This document shows, piece after piece, positions 9,751 through 17,195 of a DNA stretch of 64,000 nucleotides. Position numbers and translations under genes: made by a program. This DNA is from an uncultured Alphaproteobacteria bacterium (GTDB lineage Bacteria; Pseudomonadota; Alphaproteobacteria; Rs-D84), in contig CALXXD010000005.1 in NCBI GenBank assembly GCA_944392595.1, positions 3,104 to 67,103 of the forward strand, in the 5' to 3' direction. Below the pieces are notes generated by a model, which was given only the letters and a program-made list of their open reading frames with translations, made no database searches and was not told the DNA's origin. Positions within the stretch are counted from its first letter, which is position 1, and every line of letters starts with the position of its first letter.

Positions 9751-10329
9751 TTATTTGTTCCCGCTGATTTGTTTTAATGCCATTGGCACAAGTTTGGATA
9801 CATCGGCGTCTGGGTTTTCCGATACCAATTTTTGTGCCATATCCACAATGTCCAAACGTTTGTATCCCAGTGATTCCAGTGCGGCCAATAAATCAGGCAA
9901 TGTGCCGGATGCAGCGGCGTCGCCCGCCATGTTAAATGATGCGCCGCCAATTTTGGATTTTAATTCAACTATGATTTTTTCGGCAACTTTTTTACCAACC
10001 CCGGGTGCGGCGGTGATTGTTTTTGCGTCGCCAGTTGCGATGGCCGACATCAAAGTATCCGTCTTGATCGCGCCCATAATTGCCAGTGCCAATTTTGGCC
10101 CAACGCCCGACACGGCCGTTAATTGGTTAAACAGGTTTTGCGCCGCAATCGATGAAAATCCGAACAGGCGGATGGAATCTTCACGTACGACGGTTTCAAT
10201 CCATAATGCTACCGTTGATTTTGGTGTCAGGTATTCCGGGGTAAAAACTTTATACCCCACGCCGCCCGTCATCAAGATGACAAAACCATCACCGACGTAA
10301 TCAACATTTCCTTGCAATTTGCCAATCAT
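9751..10329 (-). CDS. ruvA: Holliday junction DNA helicase subunit RuvA
   Basis: MIGKLQGNVDYVGDGFVILMTGGVGYKVFTP, with helix-hairpin-helix GVGPKLALAI and APGVGKKVAEKI. Confidence 0.9.
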   Translation of the reverse strand: MIGKLQGNVDYVGDGFVILMTGGVGYKVFTPEYLTPKSTVALWIETVVREDSIRLFGFSSIAAQNLFNQLTAVSGVGPKLALAIMGAIKTDTLMSAIATGDAKTITAAPGVGKKVAEKIIVELKSKIGGASFNMAGDAAASGTLPDLLAALESLGYKRLDIVDMAQKLVSENPDADVSKLVPMALKQISGNK

Positions 10330-10381
10330 TTGGTATCCTTTTGTCGGTAATTTTAATCCAATATATATAAAAGGTCAAATT

Positions 10382-11098
10382 ATGAGTGGGCACAGCAAAT
10401 GGCATAATATTCAGCACAAAAAGGGTGCTGTTGATGCGGCGCGCAGTGGTTTATTTACTAAATTGGCGCGTGAAATAACAATGGCGGCAAAATTGGGCGA
10501 TAAAAATCCGGATAATAATCCGCGGTTGCGCTTGGCAATTTTGAATGCACGTAAAAATTCCATGCCGAATGATAATATCAAGCGCGCAATTGACAAAGCA
10601 TCGGGCGCAAATACTGAAAACTATGTGGCCGTGCGGTACGAGGGATATGGCCCGGGTGCGGTTCCCGTTATTGTCGAGGCTTTGACCGACAACCCGCGTC
10701 GCACAGTTCCTGAAATTCGCAATATTTTTGCAAAAAATGGCGGCAATATGGGCGAAGAGGGCAGTGTTGTATTTATGTTCACACGCGCCGGACAAATCTT
10801 TTATCCTGCATCCATCGGCAAAAGCGAAGATGAAATGATGGAAATCATTATGGATGCGAATGCTGATAACCTGGAATCAGATGAAGAAGGTTTTATCATC
10901 ACGACCAAGCCCGATGATTTTATGAATGTGCAAAAGGTTTTGGCCGATAAATTGGGCGAACCGGAAAAGGCTGAATTGACTTGGATTGCAAATATGCCAA
11001 TGGATTTAGATGACGAGGCGTATGCCAAGTTGGAAAAGTTGGTTGATGCTTTGGATGACAATGATGATGTTCAGAAGGTATTTACCGCCGCTGCATAA
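10382..11098 (+). CDS. yebC: YebC/PmpR family DNA-binding transcriptional regulator
   Basis: MSGHSKWHNIQHKKG signature. Start moved to the internal ATG at 10382. Confidence 0.9.
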   Translation: MSGHSKWHNIQHKKGAVDAARSGLFTKLAREITMAAKLGDKNPDNNPRLRLAILNARKNSMPNDNIKRAIDKASGANTENYVAVRYEGYGPGAVPVIVEALTDNPRRTVPEIRNIFAKNGGNMGEEGSVVFMFTRAGQIFYPASIGKSEDEMMEIIMDANADNLESDEEGFIITTKPDDFMNVQKVLADKLGEPEKAELTWIANMPMDLDDEAYAKLEKLVDALDDNDDVQKVFTAAA

Positions 11099-11125
11099 AT
11101 CATGATTCCTGGTCACAGATAATAT

Positions 11126-11153
11126 CCGCGGGAAATACCCCGCGGTTTTTTTT
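11126..11153 (+). terminator. rho-independent terminator of yebC
   Basis: CCGCGGG-AAATAC-CCCGCGG followed by T8. Confidence 0.8.
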
Positions 11154-11174
11154 ATTTTTTATGCTGCATTTTTA

Positions 11175-11183
11175 TGATATAAT
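11175..11183 (+). promoter_or_regulatory. extended -10 promoter box TGATATAAT
   Basis: TTTATGATATAAT lies 25 nt upstream of the ATG at 11209. The same box recurs at least 9 times in the window. Confidence 0.55.
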
Positions 11184-11208
11184 TCGTTCAAATAAGTATG
11201 GGGGAAAA

Positions 11209-12186
11209 ATGAAATCTGTTTTTATAGGTTTGGTTGCCGCGATGGTTGTGTGTGGCGCGAATGCTGCGGATTTTTCTGCGCTGGATGTGTCAATTCAAAA
11301 TGTACGCGCGGCGTGTAACGGTTTGTCTGGGCAAATGGATGAATTAAAACGTATGGCCGGAATTAACACCGCTGTGACCGGTGTCGGAACGTTGGCCAGT
11401 GGTGGCGCAACCGTTGCAGGTGTTGTGAAATCAAACGTCGATGCCCAGGCAGATGAAATCCAAGATTGGTTGGATCGCTTTAAGAATCAGCCAACCGATA
11501 CATCGGGGAATCCGAAAATCGACATGGCGGTAATAGATAAAGAAGAACTGATGGTTATGGTTGCAAGTTACGGGCCAATTGGGGCCGTGGTTGGCGGTGC
11601 GGATGAATCTGAAATTGCCGCCAAAAAAGACGAGTTGGATCAGAAAACACAACAATCAAAGACTTTGGGTAATGTGCGTACTGGATTGTTGGCGACCGGT
11701 ACGGTTACAAATATCGCAGGCGCGGTAATCGCCGGTAAAAATCGCACCCAGGGCGGATTAAGCGAAATGATTAACGATTGTATCGATGCTGTGCGGGCGT
11801 TGGAAAATGCCAAGATGCAGGCCCATGTTGCGGGCACAGTCACGGCCGATGATGTCGCGCGGGCGGACAAGATTATTGACGCGTGCGGTGGATATAAAAC
11901 TGTGGATTTGTCGGTTGTGGATAATCGCGCCAAAGGCGCAACGATTTCCAGCGGAATTGGTGCGGCAACTGGATTGATTGGTACAATTACGTCCGGCGTT
12001 GCGAATTCAACGCAAACGCGCGGGGGCGACGAAGTGCGTGAAAAGAATCTGAATACTGCATCAAATGTTTTGGGTGGTGCGACAACCGCTGCGTCATTGA
12101 CGGCGACTATATTTAACGCAACCCAGATAAACGCAGTTAAAAACTTGGTACAAGTGGCAGACCAGTGCGAGGGAGCATTAAGATGA
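11209..12186 (+). CDS. secreted Gly/Ala/Thr-rich protein with glycine-zipper-like segments (hypothetical)
   Basis: Signal peptide MKSVFIGLVAAMVVCGANA/AD. Small-residue tracts include GINTAVTGVGTLASGGATVAGVV and SSGIGAATGLIGTITSGV. The stop overlaps the next start (ATGA). Confidence 0.6.
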   Translation: MKSVFIGLVAAMVVCGANAADFSALDVSIQNVRAACNGLSGQMDELKRMAGINTAVTGVGTLASGGATVAGVVKSNVDAQADEIQDWLDRFKNQPTDTSGNPKIDMAVIDKEELMVMVASYGPIGAVVGGADESEIAAKKDELDQKTQQSKTLGNVRTGLLATGTVTNIAGAVIAGKNRTQGGLSEMINDCIDAVRALENAKMQAHVAGTVTADDVARADKIIDACGGYKTVDLSVVDNRAKGATISSGIGAATGLIGTITSGVANSTQTRGGDEVREKNLNTASNVLGGATTAASLTATIFNATQINAVKNLVQVADQCEGALR

Positions 12187-12947
12187 AAAAATTATTTGTG
12201 ATGTTTTTGGCGGCTTTTATGTTCGTTGCACCCGCGACGGCGGATGATGGGCTTTTTTCCGCTGAAACAAAGTATATTATGGATTTCCAAACAATATTTG
12301 ATACAAATTTTTGGGATGACGTATATGCGTATCAGGATTTTTTGACCGGTTATTGTGGCAGATATTTTGACGAAAAAACAAATGGATTAAATATATCGTT
12401 GTTGGATTTGGCAACTACTTGTGTCAGTTATATGGCAAACGAATGGATAGACGAACACCCAGGAACCAATATAGAAACCATGGATAAAAGTGTTTCAGAT
12501 GATTTGATAAAACGCTGTGTTGATATGGCGTATTCGGCGTTTTCCATCGCACAAAATAAGTCTGTGAAACAATTAAGTAACGAAAATCAGGCTTTGGCGA
12601 TAAAACAAAAAAAAGATGATATTTATAAAATATCAAAAACATATAATCAAAAAAATCTGATATTTTCCATGTTTCGGGGCACGTTGGGGGGATACATAGT
12701 ATCCACGTATTGCAGTGGTAATGCGGGCGCACCGTATTGTGGTGAAACACCGGGGATTTCGTGTAATTTGCGCACGGATGACCAGTCTGTCAGAGATTTG
12801 TTAAAACGCGATTTGGAATATTATTGCGACGATACAACGTGGAAGATTACTGATATTGGTAATGGTCGGTATCAGGTCAGTGTTGGTGCGGATGCCAAGA
12901 CCATAGAAAAACGTCGTGCCGACCCATTCTGGAAAATGAGTATATAA
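12183..12947 (+). CDS. secreted Cys-rich protein, paralog A (hypothetical)
   Basis: Signal peptide MKKLFVMFLAAFMFVAPATA/DD. Eight Cys in the mature part. The C-terminal block YCSGNAGAPYCGETPGISCNL...YYCDDTTW aligns with paralog B. Confidence 0.6.
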   Translation: MKKLFVMFLAAFMFVAPATADDGLFSAETKYIMDFQTIFDTNFWDDVYAYQDFLTGYCGRYFDEKTNGLNISLLDLATTCVSYMANEWIDEHPGTNIETMDKSVSDDLIKRCVDMAYSAFSIAQNKSVKQLSNENQALAIKQKKDDIYKISKTYNQKNLIFSMFRGTLGGYIVSTYCSGNAGAPYCGETPGISCNLRTDDQSVRDLLKRDLEYYCDDTTWKITDIGNGRYQVSVGADAKTIEKRRADPFWKMSI

Positions 12948-12958
12948 AGTGGTTTAAG

Positions 12959-13777
12959 ATGAAAAAATTATTTATGATGTTTTTGGCGGCTTTTATGTTC
13001 GTTGCACCCGCGACGGCGGATGATACTGGGGGTGGATTTACATTGGATACCCGGGTGGTGTTAAGTTACGATAATTTTGCCAATACTGGATTTTTTTCGG
13101 CGGATAAGCAAGGTCTGTTGTGCTTTATGTATTATCTTAAATATTTGGATTATTTGTATTATGATTATTATGACGAAAGCAAAAACGGTTTTCGTATGTC
13201 TATGTCGCAGTTGTACGGTATGGCCAGTTATATTTTCGAAAGGGTATTGGCCGATAATATCCCAGATGCAATAATGAAAGTTGAATATACGGATGTTTCG
13301 TGCCCTGTGTTGCATGATATGTTAAAAAATAATCCAGATTCTGTTGAACAAATAAGTGATGACTTTGTGTGGGATACTTTTTCTGATGCTGCGAATATGC
13401 AAAGAAGCCAATTGTTTACAGAAATGGCTGATAACCACCAAAAAGCCGAAGAGGCCGCAAAACAGTCAAGACGTATGGATGCCAATATGAATGGTAACCC
13501 AGATGATATTTATAGTATTACCGTTCAATATACAGATATGGACGCATCTTATGCAAGACATAACATGTTTTTCTATATTCAATCATATATACTCAATAGA
13601 TATTGTGCCACAGAAACTGCGTACATAAGTTGTGCACCAACGCCATCTTTGAATTGTGATTTGTTGCCGAACACAACATATTTGCAGCGTGATTTGGATT
13701 TACTTTGTAATAATCGTAATTGGGAAGATTATGTAATAGGCGACGGCGTTTATGAATTAAGATTAAAACGCCAATAA
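12959..13777 (+). CDS. secreted Cys-rich protein, paralog B (hypothetical)
   Basis: Signal peptide MKKLFMMFLAAFMFVAPATA/DD, nearly identical to paralog A at the DNA level. C-terminal block YCATETAYISCAPTPSLNCDL...LLCNNRNW. Confidence 0.6.
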   Translation: MKKLFMMFLAAFMFVAPATADDTGGGFTLDTRVVLSYDNFANTGFFSADKQGLLCFMYYLKYLDYLYYDYYDESKNGFRMSMSQLYGMASYIFERVLADNIPDAIMKVEYTDVSCPVLHDMLKNNPDSVEQISDDFVWDTFSDAANMQRSQLFTEMADNHQKAEEAAKQSRRMDANMNGNPDDIYSITVQYTDMDASYARHNMFFYIQSYILNRYCATETAYISCAPTPSLNCDLLPNTTYLQRDLDLLCNNRNWEDYVIGDGVYELRLKRQ

Positions 13778-13794
13778 AGCGGCAAAGGTATAAA

Positions 13795-14271
13795 ATGCGG
13801 ATTTTGGGAATCGATCCGGGATTATTGCATACTGGTTGGGCCGTCGTTGATGTTGATGGGCCGGCGTATCACTATGTCGCCAGTGGCGTGATTTTGCCAA
13901 AGTCAAATTTGCCGTTGCCTGAACGATTGGTGATTATTTTTCGCGGCGTTGATGATTTGTGTCAAAAATTTTCGCCGGACGCGTGCAGTATCGAAATTAC
14001 TTTTGTAAATCAAAATCCAAAAACCACACTGATTCTGGGGCATGCACGGGCGGCCGCCATCGTCGCAGTTGCAAATCGCGATGTCCCAATTTTTGAATAT
14101 GAACCAAACAAAATTAAAAAGGCTTTGACATCCGCCGGGCATGCGGGCAAGGAACAAATTTATAAAATGGTGCGCATGTTGTTGCCGGCTGCAAATCCAA
14201 AATCGCCTGACGAAAGTGACGCAATCGCAATCGCATTAACCCATGCCAATATGAGCAGATTCAAATTATAA
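13795..14271 (+). CDS. ruvC: crossover junction endodeoxyribonuclease RuvC
   Basis: MRILGIDPGLLHTGWAVVD...DESDAIAIALTH contains the RuvC catalytic acidic motifs. Confidence 0.9.
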   Translation: MRILGIDPGLLHTGWAVVDVDGPAYHYVASGVILPKSNLPLPERLVIIFRGVDDLCQKFSPDACSIEITFVNQNPKTTLILGHARAAAIVAVANRDVPIFEYEPNKIKKALTSAGHAGKEQIYKMVRMLLPAANPKSPDESDAIAIALTHANMSRFKL

Positions 14272-14285
14272 ATTTTTTATTTTTA

Positions 14286-14294
14286 TGATATAAT
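14286..14294 (+). promoter_or_regulatory. extended -10 promoter box TGATATAAT
   Basis: TTTTATGATATAAT lies 23 nt upstream of the ATG at 14318. Confidence 0.5.
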
Positions 14295-14317
14295 TGTGAA
14301 GAGCAAGGGGGGACGTT

Positions 14318-14596
14318 ATGAAAAAAGATTATGTTGAAAAATTAAATCTGAAATTATTATCGCGCCAACGGATTTTATTTCGCGCGTTTGTGGTGAATAC
14401 TGTTTTGGTGTTGTTGGTGTGGGGATTGACGTTTGTGCCCGCTTTGATGTATTTCGGTGTTTTAATCACAGGCGTTACCGCAACGATGTTTTATATTTAT
14501 GCAGTTGGAACTTTGGTGTTGTGGGGATTGGCCGGGGTGATATTTTTCCTGGTGCCGGCAATTGCAACCTGGTGGGAAAGACGGGTTATTCAGTAA
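14318..14596 (+). CDS. small integral membrane protein (hypothetical)
   Basis: 92 aa with three hydrophobic spans. SD AAGGGGGGA and its own promoter box and terminator. Confidence 0.5.
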   Translation: MKKDYVEKLNLKLLSRQRILFRAFVVNTVLVLLVWGLTFVPALMYFGVLITGVTATMFYIYAVGTLVLWGLAGVIFFLVPAIATWWERRVIQ

Positions 14597-14618
14597 AACG
14601 GGGCGGGTGCCCCGTTTT
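14595..14618 (+). terminator. rho-independent terminator
   Basis: AAAACGGGGC-GGGT-GCCCCGTTTT. The stem sequence is nearly identical to the terminator at 7612. Confidence 0.7.
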
Positions 14619-14646
14619 AGTTACTCGTAACTCGTTACTCGTGTTT

Positions 14647-14706
14647 CACCCTTCGCCAAGGCTTCGGGTGATAAACCACCCTTCGCCAAGGCTTCGGGTG
14701 ATAAAC
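14647..14706. repeat. perfect 2 x 30-bp tandem repeat CACCCTTCGCCAAGGCTTCGGGTGATAAAC
   Basis: Units at 14647-14676 and 14677-14706 are identical. A third, single copy lies at 15051-15080 with 1 mismatch. Confidence 0.95.
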
Positions 14707-14880
14707 CACCCCTCCGCTACGCGGCACCTCTCCGCAGAGGGGAACTTGTTCCGCGACGGTACGGTCTAAGTTCCCCTCCATTGGAGGGGTGCCCCAATAC
14801 CCGGGCCCCGCGCGACGTGTCGCGTGGGTGGTTGGGGCGGGGTGGTTAGAGAGTATGGGATTAGGTACTTAGTCCCCTTT

Positions 14881-15023
14881 GTCATCGCGAGGGAGTGAAA
14901 CGACCGTGGCGATCCAGTGAATAAAAAAAGCACTGCGGGCGAATGCCCGCAGACATATTATAACTGGATTGCCACAGTCGTCCGCCAACGTTTTCAACGT
15001 TGATCGTACTCCTTCGCAATGAC
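14881..15023. repeat. imperfect inverted-repeat (palindromic) element
   Basis: Left arm GTCATCGCGAGGGAGTGAAACGACCGTGGCGATCCAG (14881-14917). Right arm CTGGATTGCCACAGTCGT..ACTCCTTCGCAATGAC (14964-15023). The core carries the hairpin CTGCGGGC-GAAT-GCCCGCAG (14933-14952), which has a T-tract on the minus strand. Confidence 0.8.
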
Positions 15024-15152
15024 AGCGGTGGAGTTACTGGTTACTCGTGCCACCCTTCGCCAAGGCTTCGGGTGATAGACCACCCCGCCGCTAGATGAGG
15101 AACTTTTTTCCGCGACGGTATGGTTTGATTTCCCATCCATTGGATGATGTGT

Positions 15153-15482
15153 TTATTTTCGAAAACTGATTTTTGCGACGGCGTCGCGACCGAAATATTT
15201 ATTTATTTTATTTTTTATTTCGTCTGACATATATGATAACTGTAATGTGAATGCCGGATTCGTTGGGCGCAGTGTTATATTAAATTTGCCATCACGCATT
15301 TTTTTTATCGCCGCAATTTTTGCAATGTTTGCGATGTCCGAGCCCATGATTTTATCCCATCGTGCAACCAGGTCTGCGTCCGATGCGCGTATGCCAAAAA
15401 TTTGCAATAACTCGCCCATCGCGCTGGCAATCGTGCCGGGGCGCGCCGAACGTTTCGTAAATTTATTATTCGGGTTTGACAT
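15153..15482 (-). CDS. DUF721 / DciA-like protein
   Basis: 109 aa. W..IMGSDIA...L.L......A..LQ....EI...IN.YFG...V.KI.F is the DUF721 pattern. Overlaps the mltA stop by 17 nt. Confidence 0.6.
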   Translation of the reverse strand: MSNPNNKFTKRSARPGTIASAMGELLQIFGIRASDADLVARWDKIMGSDIANIAKIAAIKKMRDGKFNITLRPTNPAFTLQLSYMSDEIKNKINKYFGRDAVAKISFRK

Positions 15483-16566
15483 AGGTGTATTCTTTGGGCA
15501 TCAAGATATACATTTTTCCCATCGCGTGTTGTCCGTGGGCGAATTGGTATGCTTCGTCGCCTTTGCCAAAGAATATGTCTGCACGAATCCAACCGCGGAT
15601 TGCGCTGCCTGTATCTTGGGCAATCATCAGGCGGCGGAATGCGCGCCCGTCCGACAGATTTGTTGCGATATATACCGGCATTCCCAATGTATATATGTCG
15701 TCGTCCATCGCAATCGAACGTATCTTTGACAGCGGTGTGCCCAATTTGCCAATTACATCCGGCGGGACCGATTCATAAAAATATACATATCGCGGATTGT
15801 TATATATAACGTCGCGCGCCAATGTTGGATTTTGTTTCAGATATTGCCATACTGCGTCGGCCGAATATCCGTTTGGTGGGCGAATGCCACGGCTGCGCAA
15901 CTGTTCGCCAATTGATTTGAATGGCATATCATTTACCGCGGCAAAATTTAATTTTACCATTGTGCCGTCTTCCAATTGTAACATGCCGCTGCCCTGGATT
16001 TGGATGTTTTGTACATCTACTATATTTGCCCAATACAGTACGCGGCCGATTTGTTGTTCGACAATTTGTTTCTTTGCGACGCCTTTGTAGTTGCGGCCAT
16101 CGGTTGGTACGCCCATCAGCGGTTCGTTACATGTGGCGGTTTTTGTTCTGCATGCCGGGATAATAGGGGAATAATATCCAGTATATACGCCGCGATCGCC
16201 GCCGTTGTCGTCAAAAACCTGATACGGTTGGAAATTTGATTCAAACCATGCGCGGATTGTTGCAACGTCCGCCGATGCAGATGGTAACATTCTGCATTTT
16301 TCTTCGAATAAAGCGCGATCTGGGATTACGCGGCCCGTATATTGAATCTTTGCACGGCATGAATTACGAAATGCCTGTAAAGCATAGCGGACGTCGTCGT
16401 CCCGCCATCCGGGCAATTCATCGTATGACACCATACGCAGATTTGACGGAATAACCGAATTGTCGCCGCGGTGTGTTGGGGTGGATACGTCGCACGATGT
16501 TAATGCCGCAACACCAATTACAATGCCAATCGTGCGAAATACAGCCCGTTTTAACCATTCTGCCAT
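15466..16566 (-). CDS. mltA: murein transglycosylase A (MltA)
   Basis: 366 aa. Signal/anchor sequence, YYSPIIP, IQGSGMLQLEDGTMVKLNFA, and C-terminal 3D-domain motif DTGSAIRG..RADIFFG. Confidence 0.85.
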   Translation of the reverse strand: MAEWLKRAVFRTIGIVIGVAALTSCDVSTPTHRGDNSVIPSNLRMVSYDELPGWRDDDVRYALQAFRNSCRAKIQYTGRVIPDRALFEEKCRMLPSASADVATIRAWFESNFQPYQVFDDNGGDRGVYTGYYSPIIPACRTKTATCNEPLMGVPTDGRNYKGVAKKQIVEQQIGRVLYWANIVDVQNIQIQGSGMLQLEDGTMVKLNFAAVNDMPFKSIGEQLRSRGIRPPNGYSADAVWQYLKQNPTLARDVIYNNPRYVYFYESVPPDVIGKLGTPLSKIRSIAMDDDIYTLGMPVYIATNLSDGRAFRRLMIAQDTGSAIRGWIRADIFFGKGDEAYQFAHGQHAMGKMYILMPKEYTYVKPE

Positions 16567-16649
16567 TTTTATTACATCCCCCCACTTGTAAAATTTATTT
16601 ATAATGTTATATTACCATAAAATGATGCGGAAAAAAAGGAGTAATCGCA

Positions 16650-17111
16650 ATGGCAAAATTTAACATCATTACACAATTTTTGAAAGATTTTTCATTTGAA
16701 AGCCCAAATGTGCCTGAATTGTTCTTTAAGCGCGATAATGGCCAGGCTAAATTGGAAATAAACATCGATATCCAAATCAAGGGCGCAGAAAATAATATGT
16801 TCATGGTGGATTTAATCACCAAAGTTCATTCGAAATTGGAAAAAGATGAAAAATCTATTTTCTTGATTGAATCAACTTATTCCGGTCTGGTCCAGATGGA
16901 GGAAGAAAAAGACGAAGAAGTTAAAAAACGTACGTTGTTAATAGATGTGCCGACTTTGTTGTTCCCGTCTGTGCGTGCGATGATTACACGTATGACGGCG
17001 GAATCTGGATTCCCGGCGTTCGTTATGCAGCCGATTGATTTTGCAAAATTGTATGAAGAAAGACAAAAACAATCTCAATCCCAGGCGGCTGCGCCTGCGA
17101 ACAATAAATAA
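16650..17111 (+). CDS. secB: protein-export chaperone SecB
   Basis: MAKFNIITQFLKDFSFESPNVPELF...LLFPSVRAMITRMTAESGFPAFVMQPIDFAKLY. Confidence 0.9.
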   Translation: MAKFNIITQFLKDFSFESPNVPELFFKRDNGQAKLEINIDIQIKGAENNMFMVDLITKVHSKLEKDEKSIFLIESTYSGLVQMEEEKDEEVKKRTLLIDVPTLLFPSVRAMITRMTAESGFPAFVMQPIDFAKLYEERQKQSQSQAAAPANNK

Positions 17112-17177
17112 TATTTGTTTGTTGGTTTGTTTTATGTCCGCGCCGTCGCGCGGGCATTTTTATTTTTGCGATTATTA

Positions 17178-17186
17178 TGATATAAT
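17178..17186 (+). promoter_or_regulatory. extended -10 promoter box TGATATAAT (near-leaderless MFS transcript)
   Basis: TTATGATATAAT, then 9 nt, then the ATG at 17196. The ORF-track ATG at 17187 abuts the -10 box and cannot be within the transcript. Confidence 0.5.
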
Positions 17187-17195
17187 ATGTCCGCT

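Larger units (their letters stand above)
14620..15152. repeat. GC-rich composite repeat cluster: flanking about 120-170 bp direct repeats around a palindromic MITE-like element
   Basis: The left copy (14620-14791) and right copy (15033-15151) share GTTACTCGTG..CACCCTTCGCCAAGGCTTCGGGTGATA.ACCACCCC.CCGCTA...TTCCGCGACGGTA.GGT.T.A..TTCCC.TCCATTGGA. Several perfect palindromes are present (CCCCTCCATTGGAGGGG at 14773-14789; CGCGACGTGTCGCG at about 14811-14824). No credible ORF. Confidence 0.8.

Noticed and set aside
9428-10300. 290-aa plus-strand ORF spanning the mnmE/ruvA region.
   Set aside because: It is antisense to two genes with unmistakable signatures (MnmE, RuvA). Its low-complexity Ser/Ala/Pro composition is typical of a shadow ORF, and it has no SD.
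14647-14706. Possible CRISPR array (identical 30-bp repeats).
   Set aside because: The two units are directly adjacent with no spacers. The third copy is 345 bp away inside a larger direct repeat. No cas genes are present.
14419-14769. 116-aa ORF running from the small membrane-protein gene into the repeat cluster (HPSPRLRVINHPSPRLRVIN...).
   Set aside because: It overlaps the better-supported 14318 gene out of frame and crosses its terminator. Its repetitive peptide is simply a translation of the 30-bp tandem DNA repeat.
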